Assembly: GCA_003599735.1 (NCBI GenBank)
Contig: QZJI01000071.1
Coordinates: forward strand, 7,778 to 71,777
Direction of reading: 5' to 3'
Length of the DNA stretch: 64,000 bases
Source: Dehalococcoidia bacterium
Lineage (GTDB): Bacteria; Chloroflexota; Dehalococcoidia; UBA2979
Positions 10,912 to 20,085 of this stretch are shown one piece after another. The position numbers and the translations under genes are program-made. The notes beneath the pieces are model-generated. The model was given only the letters and a program-made list of their open reading frames with translations. It had not been told where the DNA came from and searched no databases. The first letter of the stretch is position 1. Every line of letters begins with the position of its first letter.

Positions 10912-11229
10912 GCTTGAGCGCGCCTGAGAGTCGTGCGAGAGATCGTCGTTGACAACCCACCGCCCGTTGAAGGTTTGCCGGTCGAGTGCGGAACATAGAT
11001 CCCGCATAAGGTATAAACAATTGAGGGGCCGCCGGGCTGGCAGAGCGGCTGTTGCAGGTCGGTCCCCTGATCTCCACGTCTGCGCGTCGCTAACGGAAGG
11101 GGTAGGTACGCGCTCTAACGGTGAGAGCGTCGGACGCGTGACGGCGCTCATCTCAGTGTTAGCCAGCGCCCGGTTTTTCGGTCTGAACGGGCCACCGGTA
11201 CCCGGGTCCACCGCTGCATCATCTGACAG

Positions 11230-11598
11230 CTACCCGCTGGCCCGGACCTCCGCGTCCTCCACAAGCCAGCGGCGGTTCCATGCCTCGACCGCTTCGAAAA
11301 CGCGTCGCAAGTCACGCGCCTGCTCGCTCAACCGGTAGAGCTGCGTTGAGCCGTCCTCACAGCGCTCGACGAGGCCTGCCTGCTGCAGTTCGGCCAGTCG
11401 CTCGGTCAGCAGGCGATTCGAGATCCCCGGGATAAGACGGCCAACATCATTAAAGCGCAGCGGACCGGGGAACAGTGCACGCATGATCGCCGCCGTCCAG
11501 CGTCGCCCGAGCAGTTCGAGGGTGGCCTGGAAGGCGGCGCAATACGCCGAGTCCGGGAACTCGTCGGTGCAGTCGTGAGGTTGCTCTGTACTTGTCAT
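11230..11598 (-). CDS. HxlR family winged-helix transcriptional regulator
   Basis: CAAFQATLELLGRRWTAAIMRALFPGPLRFNDVGRLIPGISNRLLTERLAELQQAGLVER. Confidence 0.8.
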   Translation of the reverse strand: MTSTEQPHDCTDEFPDSAYCAAFQATLELLGRRWTAAIMRALFPGPLRFNDVGRLIPGISNRLLTERLAELQQAGLVERCEDGSTQLYRLSEQARDLRRVFEAVEAWNRRWLVEDAEVRASG

Positions 11599-11689
11599 GA
11601 CGCCGATATGCCCTACAGTTACTTACTGTAACCAGTTACTCTTGGTAACGTGACCAACGTCGGGATCAAACGGAAGGTACCACAGCCCC

Positions 11690-12211
11690 ATGGCCTGGAC
11701 GCTCGATCAGGTTCACTCGAATGTCGGATTCTCGGTGCGGCACATGATGGTGTCGAAGGTGAAAGGACGCTTCGGGGAGTTCGACGCCACGATCGCCATC
11801 GACGAGGCGGAGCCGGCCCGGTCCTCGCTTGAAGCACGCGTCCAGGTGGCGAGCATCGACACACGAGAGGCTCCGCGAGACGCCCACCTCCGCTCGGCCG
11901 ACTTCTTCGATGCAGAAAACCACCCGCAGATGCTCTTTCGCAGCACCCGTGTGGAGTCTGCCGCGGATGGCAAGCTGCGGCTGGTCGGCGACCTCACGAT
12001 CCGCGGCACCACCAGGGAAGTCGTGCTCGATGGTGACTACGAGGGTCCCTTGAACGACGCGCAGGGACAGCGTCGGTTCGGCTTCGAACTCAAAGGCCGA
12101 ATCGACCGAGAAGCGTTCGGCCTGATGTGGAACATGCCGATCGAGGCCGGCGGTTTCGTCGTCGCCAAGGACGTGGAGCTCCAGATCGATGGCGAGGTCG
12201 TCGAACAGTAG
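11690..12211 (+). CDS. YceI family protein
   Basis: HSNVGFSVRHMMVSKVKGRFGEFDATI...SIDTREAPRDAHLRSADFFDAENHPQMLFRS. Confidence 0.85.
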   Translation: MAWTLDQVHSNVGFSVRHMMVSKVKGRFGEFDATIAIDEAEPARSSLEARVQVASIDTREAPRDAHLRSADFFDAENHPQMLFRSTRVESAADGKLRLVGDLTIRGTTREVVLDGDYEGPLNDAQGQRRFGFELKGRIDREAFGLMWNMPIEAGGFVVAKDVELQIDGEVVEQ

Positions 12212-12254
12212 AGACGGCTGCGCATCTGCGATTGAACGAACGATGAGGAATCCC

Positions 12255-12671
12255 ATGCCACAACTACCGGACAGCGCACGCGAGATGTTGCGGGGCAAGG
12301 CATACGCCCACGTCGTGACGCGGAGCGCCGGCGGTCGCCCCCAGATCACCATGGTCTGGGCGGACGAGATCGACGGACACCTGGCGTTCAACACCTCTCG
12401 CGGGCGCGTCAAGCTCCGGAACATCGAGCGCGATCCGCAGATCGCCGTCACCGTCCAGGATCCGCGAGATCCGCAACAGTACTTGGTGGTCCAGGGCCAT
12501 GCGGAGGTGCTGCCGGAGGGCGGGCCCGAGCACATCGACCGTCTCGCGGTGCGTTTCTTGGGCCTGGACCACTACCCATATTTGCAGCCGGGCGAGGAGC
12601 GCGTGACGGTGCGGGTCGTCGCGGATCGCATCAGCGGCGCCGGACCATGGGTGCCGGCTCCGCGCGGTTGA
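12255..12671 (+). CDS. PPOX class F420-dependent oxidoreductase (pyridoxamine 5'-phosphate oxidase-like)
   Basis: GKAYAHVVTRSAGGRPQITMVWADEIDGHLAFNTSRGRVKLRNIERDPQIAVTVQDP. GAGGAA RBS before ATG 12255. Confidence 0.75.
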   Translation: MPQLPDSAREMLRGKAYAHVVTRSAGGRPQITMVWADEIDGHLAFNTSRGRVKLRNIERDPQIAVTVQDPRDPQQYLVVQGHAEVLPEGGPEHIDRLAVRFLGLDHYPYLQPGEERVTVRVVADRISGAGPWVPAPRG

Positions 12672-12707
12672 TCGGCAGCCCGCAGGCATTGTGAGGGAGA
12701 GCTGACC

Positions 12708-13052
12708 ATGGACACCGCGGCAACAATCATCCAGGTGCTGCTGGCGCTGGTCTTCTTCGCCGCCGGCGGGTCGAAGCTCGCCGGCGCGCAGATGCAGATC
12801 GCGAACTTCCAGCGGTACGGCTATCCCCAGGGCTTTCGACTCGTCACCGGGGCGGTCGAGGTCGTCGGGGCCGTTGGCATGTTTGCCGGTCTCTTCATCG
12901 AGGAGATCGCGATCGCCGCCGCAGTCTGGCTCGGGATCACCATGGTCGGTGCCGCCTACACCGATGCCCGGCACTCGTCGCCCGCGATGGTCGCTGCTCC
13001 GCTCGTGCTCCTCGCGCTCAACGTGGCGGTGATCGTCCTGAGGGTGGCATGA
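12708..13052 (+). CDS. DoxX family membrane protein
   Basis: 114 aa, 4 TM. IIQVLLALVFFAAGGSKLAG...QRYGYPQGFRLVTGAVEVVGAVGMF. Confidence 0.75.
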   Translation: MDTAATIIQVLLALVFFAAGGSKLAGAQMQIANFQRYGYPQGFRLVTGAVEVVGAVGMFAGLFIEEIAIAAAVWLGITMVGAAYTDARHSSPAMVAAPLVLLALNVAVIVLRVA

Positions 13053-13127
13053 GAGCGTTCCGCAACATCTACAATGGGCGCGCTCCCACCCGCGCGTTCC
13101 GATCAAGGTTCAAGGAGGGAGAGACTG

Positions 13128-13565
13128 ATGGATAGAACTCTCGGAGTCGCATGGATCGGGTTGTCCGCTCACGATCCGCAGCCGGATGAGCGCGCCGAGT
13201 ACGTCCCGGGTGTCTGCAACATTGGCCCGGCTGAGATTGCGAAGCGACGTCGGGCCGGCTGGAGTGGTGCGGTCGCGACCGCGGCGATTTGGGCCGTCCT
13301 CGTGATCATTGATGCACCGCCAGCCGTTCGGCTTGTCACCTTCTTCCCCGCGGTGATGGCGGCGGCCGGGTTCTTGCAGGCGTGGATGCACTTCTGTGCG
13401 TACTTCGGCTTCGCCTCGCTACTCAACTTCGGACCGGAGGCAGGGAAGACCGACACCGTGGTCGAGGCGGAGTTCCGCCGAAAAGACCGTATCAAGGCGT
13501 GGCAAATCCTCGGCTATTCGGTCGTCATAGGACTAGCCATTGCCGGGACGGCATATCTCGTTTAG
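13128..13565 (+). CDS. hypothetical membrane protein
   Basis: AAGGAGGGAGAG RBS before ATG 13128. Predicted TM helices. No recognisable domain. Confidence 0.5.
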   Translation: MDRTLGVAWIGLSAHDPQPDERAEYVPGVCNIGPAEIAKRRRAGWSGAVATAAIWAVLVIIDAPPAVRLVTFFPAVMAAAGFLQAWMHFCAYFGFASLLNFGPEAGKTDTVVEAEFRRKDRIKAWQILGYSVVIGLAIAGTAYLV

Positions 13566-13574
13566 TCCAGTTGA

Positions 13575-13606
13575 ATCCCGTGTGCTGCGCGAGTTGCACA
13601 CGGGAT
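13575..13606. terminator. stem-loop (11-bp stem ATCCCGTGTGC / GCACACGGGAT) between convergently ending genes
   Basis: Perfect 11-bp inverted repeat with a 10-nt loop directly after the stop at 13565. Confidence 0.45.
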
Positions 13607-13637
13607 CCAGGTCTCGGGCGACTTCAAAGGATCTGCC

Positions 13638-14117
13638 GTGAACACAGCCGACGCGTTGCTCATCGCCCATCTCATCGGAGCGCTGTGGATGTCCGGCGGG
13701 GCGATCGCACTGACATTCGTGACGTGGGGCGGCGGTGCTTCGTCGGAGCGTGCCGCGCTGCAACTGCGCGCGCGGTTGCAGCGCCTGAGCGTCCTCGCGG
13801 GCGTCGTCCCCGGCTCCCTGATAGCGGTCGTGTTTGGCTCGTGGCTGGCTGCCGAGCTCGACTACAGTTTCGGCGGCGCGTGGCTCAGCTCTTCCTATGT
13901 CCTCTGGTCTTCCTATGTCCTCTGGCTCATCTTTCTCGGCATCGCCACGGGCATCGTGTCGCCACGGGCCCGTCGCGCTGAGCTGGCGGTCGACAGCGGG
14001 GCAGCCTCCGGCGGTGGTCAACCCTCCCGTGATGGTGTCCTCGCGCTTGCCGTGATCGTGCTCGATGTGCTCCTGGTCGCGTTCATCGTCCTGATGACAA
14101 CGCGCCCGGGTGCCTGA
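13638..14117 (+). CDS. hypothetical polytopic membrane protein (contains an 18-nt in-frame tandem duplication)
   Basis: 159 aa, 4 predicted TM helices. SSYVLWSSYVLW is encoded by a perfect 2x18-nt repeat at 13890-13925. Confidence 0.5.
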   Translation: MNTADALLIAHLIGALWMSGGAIALTFVTWGGGASSERAALQLRARLQRLSVLAGVVPGSLIAVVFGSWLAAELDYSFGGAWLSSSYVLWSSYVLWLIFLGIATGIVSPRARRAELAVDSGAASGGGQPSRDGVLALAVIVLDVLLVAFIVLMTTRPGA

Positions 14118-14195
14118 GAGCGGTGGCCTCGTAGAGGGGTTGCGCGCACTTGGCAGCGCGTGACGAGATCCCCATCACCACGTGAACGAAGCGCG

Positions 14196-15945
14196 TCAGG
14201 AGGAGACGACACTCACGCCGCATGGGGGTGCCAATCCAAGGCGTATGCCGCCCACGGCCTGGGCACGGGATGAACGGGCCTCGGCACTTGGCGATCCCGG
14301 AGATGGCCCCTCCTCAATCTCCCCGTCCACGCTCACAGCACAAGCGCGGCGCGGAACGGCGTGCATCCGATTTCGCACGAGCACAGCGTCATGCCGATGT
14401 TCGTTCAGTGGTGATAAACCCCAACTTTTGATCAAAAAGTCCGGCGGCTCGATCGGCAGCACGCCCTCGACGATGGCTTCGGTTCTCGTCGCGCTCACGG
14501 CAATCTGAAGCGCTTCCAGCACTTGTTCTTGGCGATCGCTGCTCGCTCCGGCCAGATGCTCCGCGACGCTCGCACATGCTCTCCGAAGACCGGCTTCGTC
14601 GAATGCCACCTCACCGCGCAAGACATTCTTGAGCGACGCGAGTTCGGCGGTCAGCGCGTCTCGCTGACGTCGCGCATCGCGAAGCTCGCTGCGGACCGTG
14701 GGTTCGTCGACCTCCTCGAATCCGAACATCCGGATCAGGCGCTCCTCACGCTTCCGTAGTTCCGCGACTTGCGACTCGAGACGCTTGATCCCGCCGTGAT
14801 CGAGGTCCGCCTGTGCAACGCGACGCTGCTCGGCAAGGACGATCTCAGGCGCGGTGAGGATCTCCCGGATCTTCGACCAGATGCCGGCTTCGAGGATTCC
14901 GGCGGGGACATATCGCCCCGCACATTGCCGACCTGAAACACGCGCGTAGACGTGCCGGCAGCGGTAGTAGTGGTAGGGCTTCCCTTTACTGCTGAGCGTC
15001 TGCCCGACCATCGCGCTCAGACAGAGCGTGCACTTCAACCGGCCACGCAGCGCGTAGTCGCGCCGGGCAACAGGCCGGCGAGCCGTCCGCGCAGGATCGT
15101 CGAGGATTTCCTGCACGCGGGTCCACAGAGCCTGATCGATGATGACCGGAGTCGCACCGGGGATCTCGATCCATTCTTCCTCGGGTTGCTCGACGACACG
15201 GCTCCGGCGCCCAGAGCCGTTCCCCCGAACGGTGATGCGCTTCGTGCGGCGGTACACGGTGCGTCCCGTGTAGGCCTCGTTCATCAGCACGCGCCGCACG
15301 GTGATCGGATACCACTGGCCGCCCGAAAACGCGGGGATGTTCGCGTCGTTCAATTCGCTACAAACGGCGGCGAAGCTCCGGGTCTCGGCGTAGCGCTCGA
15401 AAATCCGGCGGACGATCAGTGCCTGGTACGGTTCGACGTCGCGATGGCCGGTGTCCCGGTTGTAGACGTACCCGTAGCATCCCTTTCCGAACGCCTGCGG
15501 AATGCGGCCAGCGCGGGCGCGTTCGGCCTTGCCCCGCATCGTGCGCTCCGCGATCTTCTCGCGCTCGACCTCGGCGATGAACGCGCGCGCGGTGAGGATG
15601 AACCGGCCGACGGCGGTGTCCTCGAACCGCTCCGTCACGAACTCGAGCTGCGCGTCCGCGCGCTGGAACTCGTCGAACAGGATGCCGATGTGGTTCTGGT
15701 TTCGCGAAAGCCGGTCGACCGCGTAGGCGACGACGATGTCCGCCTCGCCACGCCGCAGTATCCCGCGAAGTTCTTCGAGTCCTTCACGCTCGAGCGCCGC
15801 CCCACTCGCGGCGTCACGAATCCGACGGACGACACTCCACCCTCGGTCAGTCGTGAGTGCCTCACAAGCGCGCTCCTGCGTATCGAGCGAGGTCCCATCG
15901 CGTTCCTGCGCGTCGGTCGAGACTCGCGAATAGATGATGGCTCGC
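14196..15945 (-). CDS. large serine recombinase (resolvase/invertase N-domain + recombinase + zinc ribbon/coiled coil)
   Basis: MRAIIYSRVSTDAQ (catalytic Ser), DRLSRN, long C-terminal extension with Cys cluster and coiled coil. Start ATG 15945 overlaps the stop of the upstream HEPN gene. Confidence 0.9.
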
Positions 15946-15946
15946 A

Positions 15947-16756
15947 TCAGTGCGCCTCCAAGTGCGTTGGGGTGCAATCGTCCAGCTTTCGGTGAAGTAA
16001 GGAGACTAGCGATAGGTAGTCTGCGGCGTCGTCCTCGCCCTCCCAGAGAATCTTTGGTTCGTGGGCTAGGGGGTTCCTTACGGCCGCGAAGCAACCTTTC
16101 AGCAGCGCCGCGAATCCTTTGTGCTCTGAGCGTTCTGTGTCCGTCCGCAGGGTGTTGAAAGCCAGCATGGGCTTTTCAATGGAGAAGACCTTGTCGATGA
16201 GCGCTGCACCGTCAGCCTCTACTGCCGACATTTCTCGGATCCGTTGGGCAAGGCCCTTAGTCGCCTCGAACACTGCGTGAAAGTAGTTCTCCTGCATGAG
16301 TTCGGCGCGACAATACTTCAGTACCTCAGCATGCATCCGACGGTCGCGGAATTTGGCCTGGATCGTTTGTACGCGGGCCTCTGCTTCATCTAGGGTTCGG
16401 ACCGGAGGGCGTTCCCGGAATCTTCCGTCGGCGCCGTATTCCAACCCAGCGAAGGCGAGCCTGACATTCAAGCTTTCGCGATTCGCCTCAAATTCCTCGT
16501 TACGCCCAACGAAGCGGGTCGGTGCAAGGAAGGCCTGAACAAAGTCCAGGATGCGGTTCGCCGAACCATCGGTCTGCTGGATCGTCGAGAAAACTGCGTA
16601 CAGCCGCCTCCATTTAGTCGACTCTCCGGACTGGTCTACGAGCTTGCGCGCCTGAAGAACCCGAGAAATGTCGGAGCCTGAACCACATTCGCCGAGAAAT
16701 CGCGCGAGCGATTCAATCTGACCGTCCGGGAACGATGGAACAGCACTCATGCGCAC
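15947..16756 (-). CDS. HEPN-domain protein (TIGR02391 / Hypoth_Ymh-like, putative abortive-infection-type RNase)
   Basis: 269 aa. C-terminal Rx4-6H HEPN motif AAVRNPLAHEP. Overall pattern typical of the TIGR02391 family. Confidence 0.6.
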   Translation of the reverse strand: MRMSAVPSFPDGQIESLARFLGECGSGSDISRVLQARKLVDQSGESTKWRRLYAVFSTIQQTDGSANRILDFVQAFLAPTRFVGRNEEFEANRESLNVRLAFAGLEYGADGRFRERPPVRTLDEAEARVQTIQAKFRDRRMHAEVLKYCRAELMQENYFHAVFEATKGLAQRIREMSAVEADGAALIDKVFSIEKPMLAFNTLRTDTERSEHKGFAALLKGCFAAVRNPLAHEPKILWEGEDDAADYLSLVSLLHRKLDDCTPTHLEAH

Positions 16757-16873
16757 CTCACCTAGATGGTGGATCCGTCTCGCAGATCACAATCGCTGCT
16801 CGTTCATCCAGGATTGAGAACACAGGTACGAGCATATCGCGAGGCCAGAGACGAGTTAGGCCGTGTCTGGCAC

Positions 16874-18061
16874 TCAACCTTCCGCATCCTCGAGGCGCAC
16901 GATGAGATCGAGGAGCCCTTCAGCCTCCCACGAGCGGTTGCGCTGCGAGGTACTCAGCGGGATCAGGATCCCTGCGGCCTCGAGCTCGTCGATCCCGTTC
17001 ATCACGGCCGGACGAGTTCGTCCGGTCGCGACCATCGCGATCGGGACATTCACGATCGGGTGAGCCGGCAGCGCGGCGATGACCGCCCAGGCCGCGGCGT
17101 CCGACCGCGGATTGGAACGCTCGCGCAGTTGCTCGCGCCAGCGCTCCTGCAGGTCGGCGACCAGACGCCGGTAGCGATCAGCGAGCTGTGCGGCCGCAGC
17201 AGTCGCGGCGGCGAAGATCTCGATCCACTCCGCCAGCCGATCCTCGCGGAACACTGTGAGACCGCCGATGTACCGATCCTTCTGCCCGGCGAGGATCACG
17301 CTGATCGGTGGCACGAAGGCGGGCGACAATCCGCGCCGGCGCAGGATGATCTGGACCAGCGCCCGTCCGGTGCGCCCGTTGCCGTCGGCGAACGGGTGGA
17401 TCGTTTCCAGCTGGGCGTGCGCGATCGCAGCCTGGAGCAGAGGAGGCAGCACGTCGTCGTTGCAGAAGTCGCAGAGGTCGGCGATCAGCCGGCCGAGCTC
17501 TTCGGGCGGGGGCGGCACGAAGTCCGCCCCGCAGGGGTTGTAGTCGTTGCCGCCGATCCAGTTCTGCGAGTCCCGAAACTCACCCGGCAGCCGTGCCCCG
17601 TCATCGTGGGCAAGCAGCACGCGGTGGATGTCTCGCAGGTCGTCAGGACCGATCGCCTCCGCACCGGCTGCGCGCTCGATCGCCAGTTCCATCGCGTCGA
17701 TGTTCGCGAGGATTTCAGCCGCCTGCCGTCCGACGTTGCGGCCGCCTTCCTGGGTGGCTTCGGCGCGTGCCAGCGTTCGGGCGTCAACCTGCATCCCCTC
17801 GACCTTCGACGAGGCGATCGACTCGGTACGAAGGAGCAATCGCGCGAGTGGAGCGAGCTCAGGCGCGGCAGCCTGGTTGAGATCGGCGATCGCCTTCTCA
17901 GCCTCGGACAGGATTCCCATGACGTCGCCCGGCAACGCGACGGCGAGGCCTGCGAGGGGGTCGGGGATGAATGCCTCGTAGCTACAGGCGCGGCGATATC
18001 GGGCCGGCGCGTAGATCGTCGGATCATGTTCCCAGACGCGGCGGACGTAGCTACCGCCCAT
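16874..18061 (-). CDS. Fic family protein (Fic/DOC AMPylase-type)
   Basis: Fic motif IHPFADGNGRTGRALV. N-terminal Fic_N-like region and C-terminal wHTH. Start ATG at 18061; the ORF-track 5' extension looks non-coding. Confidence 0.85.
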   Translation of the reverse strand: MGGSYVRRVWEHDPTIYAPARYRRACSYEAFIPDPLAGLAVALPGDVMGILSEAEKAIADLNQAAAPELAPLARLLLRTESIASSKVEGMQVDARTLARAEATQEGGRNVGRQAAEILANIDAMELAIERAAGAEAIGPDDLRDIHRVLLAHDDGARLPGEFRDSQNWIGGNDYNPCGADFVPPPPEELGRLIADLCDFCNDDVLPPLLQAAIAHAQLETIHPFADGNGRTGRALVQIILRRRGLSPAFVPPISVILAGQKDRYIGGLTVFREDRLAEWIEIFAAATAAAAQLADRYRRLVADLQERWREQLRERSNPRSDAAAWAVIAALPAHPIVNVPIAMVATGRTRPAVMNGIDELEAAGILIPLSTSQRNRSWEAEGLLDLIVRLEDAEG

Positions 18062-18090
18062 GAATAACCTTTCGTTGCCGCAGCCGTTAG

Positions 18091-18113
18091 GAAAGGATAA
18101 CCGATATCCTTTC
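18091..18113. promoter_or_regulatory. perfect inverted repeat GAAAGGATA-N5-TATCCTTTC in the AT-rich promoter region upstream of fic
   Basis: 9-bp perfect arms 30 nt upstream of the Fic start, in an unusually AT-rich stretch for this 70% GC DNA. Confidence 0.45.
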
Positions 18114-18309
18114 GCAAGACAGGCTAATTCAAGGATCGCGAGTTGGGGAGGACACGGACGATCCCGGATCCTCTCGTTCCTCCTCCGCCAGCAACCAGCG
18201 CCAGAGCTCATCCCACGCGCGCGTGCGCGGCCCGTAGCGCCAGGTCGCGCGCACCCGCAGGGCCGCGCCGCTTGGGTCGGCCGCAGAGGCACCCTCCTCC
18301 GGCACTCGT

Positions 18310-20085
18310 TCACTCGCCATGGAGCCGCCCCACGCTGAGCGAGCCTGCGACGGCAGGGAACAGCGCCCCACGCTCCGCATCCCGTGCCACCGAGGCCCAG
18401 CGCCACGAGCCCGCCCCGCTGCTCACCGGCCCTTCGGTCGTCAGCAGGATCGGTAGGTGTGTCGCGCCGTTCGCGACGACGGCCGAGCGGACCCGCTGTT
18501 CGGCGCGTCTGTCCGCGCCGACGAACAACAACTGCGGCTCGGTCGAGAACCGCTCACGCCACTCCGTGGTCTCGAAGTAGTGCATGTACCCGGCGAACTT
18601 GCCGCGATAGTCCCCGGCGTCCAGCGTTCCGCGGTCGTACTCGAGCAGGAACGGGCGCTCCTCGTGTCCGCGCCAGAACGCGCCCGAGCCGTCCGGGCGG
18701 ATCCACGCCCGCCGACCATCCGAGACAAACAGATGCGCCGACTCCGCTTCGTTTCGCCACACGCCGAGTCGCCAGCCCGCGGCCTGCGCATCGCGCGCGA
18801 GCCGAGCGAAGACATGGTTGATGCCCAGCTGATGCGCCATCGACGGCCGCGTGGCCGCGTCGTCCGCCGTGCTCGGTGCGCTGACCGCCCCGTATCGCTC
18901 GTAGCCGTTCCACGGGACGCCTTCCGCTTCCGCCAGCATGCGGAGCGTCCGCGCGGTGACACACCACAGTTCGGTGCCCTCGATCTCGAGCCGTCGCACT
19001 GCGTGATCGCCGGCGAGCAGTTCGAGGCGCCGAGCGACCACGCGACCAGGCAGCTCCAGGAACAGCGCCAGTTCTGAGACGGACAGTCGCGGGTGCCGAG
19101 CGAGCCAGTCGAGGCAGGCTTTGTCGGCGGCGCTCGTCACGATCGCAAGGGCGGCGGTGTCTTCACGGATCGAGCGGGCTGCCGGTCGGACAGCCGCGAT
19201 CCGCAGCCGATCGCGGAGCACAGGCATGTTGCTGGGGCGTTGATGCAGGCACATGCCGGGGAAGGCGAGCAAGGCTGCCAGATCCGTGGACCGCAGCGGT
19301 AGGGCCTGCTCGAACCGCAATCGTGCCGGTGCGCCGGGGATCGACCAGATCGCGGCCCGCGGTCCGCTCGCCAGCACCTCGTCCGCCGTCGTGAGCCTCA
19401 CCTCCGACAGCGCTGCCTGTGAGGCCTGACTTCGCAATTCGGCATCCCACACGCGTGCTGCATGAGCATCGGCGCAGACCACGAAGACCCACGGCGGCTC
19501 CGCCGGATTCACCTCCGCCGCCCACTTCCGAATGCGAAGCCGCCGGTACCCGTCGGGTACGCCGGCGCGGTCCCAGGTCACGAAGAACCGCGCCGCTCCG
19601 CGCCTGCCGCGTACGACGCCGTAGGCATCGGCACCGAAGGGCCACCAGCGATTCGCCGACGCGATCGGAAGCGAGCCCGCATCCACCAGTGCCATCTCGC
19701 CCTGCGCTCGCAACTGCGCGGCCAGTTCCGCGAGGAGGCGGTTCACGGCAGTCACGGTCGCGATCCGCGGGATGCGTGCGAGCACGTCCGTCTGGCGCAC
19801 CGGCGCACGGTGTGCGATCTCGTGCGCCGCAAACCCGCTGCACGCCGCAAGGTCGTCCAGCGCGTCGGCGCGCAGAAACGCGGCCCGCCGCTGCTCGTCG
19901 AGCTCGACGACCCGAGGAGCGAGCCATTCCACCCATCCCTGTTGGTCGAGTTCCACACGCAGGTAGCGCGCGTCGATCTCGTCGATGCCCAGCAAGCCCG
20001 CCAGCTCGCGATCGCCCAGCAGTGGCAGACGCACGATCCACGCGAGCGCCTCGGCCAGTTGCGCCTCGGACCGTCGTGCAGTCAT
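18310..20085 (-). CDS. replication-relaxation (Replic_Relax) family protein, two tandem domains
   Basis: 591 aa. Both halves carry Replic_Relax-like signatures (...LLEYDRGTLDAGDYRGKFAGYMHYF...; the first half is more divergent). 4-nt overlap with the T4CP gene. Confidence 0.65.
   Translation of the reverse strand: MTARRSEAQLAEALAWIVRLPLLGDRELAGLLGIDEIDARYLRVELDQQGWVEWLAPRVVELDEQRRAAFLRADALDDLAACSGFAAHEIAHRAPVRQTDVLARIPRIATVTAVNRLLAELAAQLRAQGEMALVDAGSLPIASANRWWPFGADAYGVVRGRRGAARFFVTWDRAGVPDGYRRLRIRKWAAEVNPAEPPWVFVVCADAHAARVWDAELRSQASQAALSEVRLTTADEVLASGPRAAIWSIPGAPARLRFEQALPLRSTDLAALLAFPGMCLHQRPSNMPVLRDRLRIAAVRPAARSIREDTAALAIVTSAADKACLDWLARHPRLSVSELALFLELPGRVVARRLELLAGDHAVRRLEIEGTELWCVTARTLRMLAEAEGVPWNGYERYGAVSAPSTADDAATRPSMAHQLGINHVFARLARDAQAAGWRLGVWRNEAESAHLFVSDGRRAWIRPDGSGAFWRGHEERPFLLEYDRGTLDAGDYRGKFAGYMHYFETTEWRERFSTEPQLLFVGADRRAEQRVRSAVVANGATHLPILLTTEGPVSSGAGSWRWASVARDAERGALFPAVAGSLSVGRLHGE

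Noticed and set aside
10990-11100. Possible tRNA/tmRNA in the 10912-11229 spacer (GGGGCCGCCGGGCTGGCAGAGCGG...)
   Set aside because: It cannot be folded into a cloverleaf. There is no GTTC T-loop, no CCA-compatible acceptor and no tmRNA tag region.
14118-14195. attL core immediately downstream of the recombinase
   Set aside because: Only weak, imperfect dyad symmetry (GCGCGCACTTGGCAGCGCGTG) is present. The site cannot be assigned without the other junction or an empty-site comparison.
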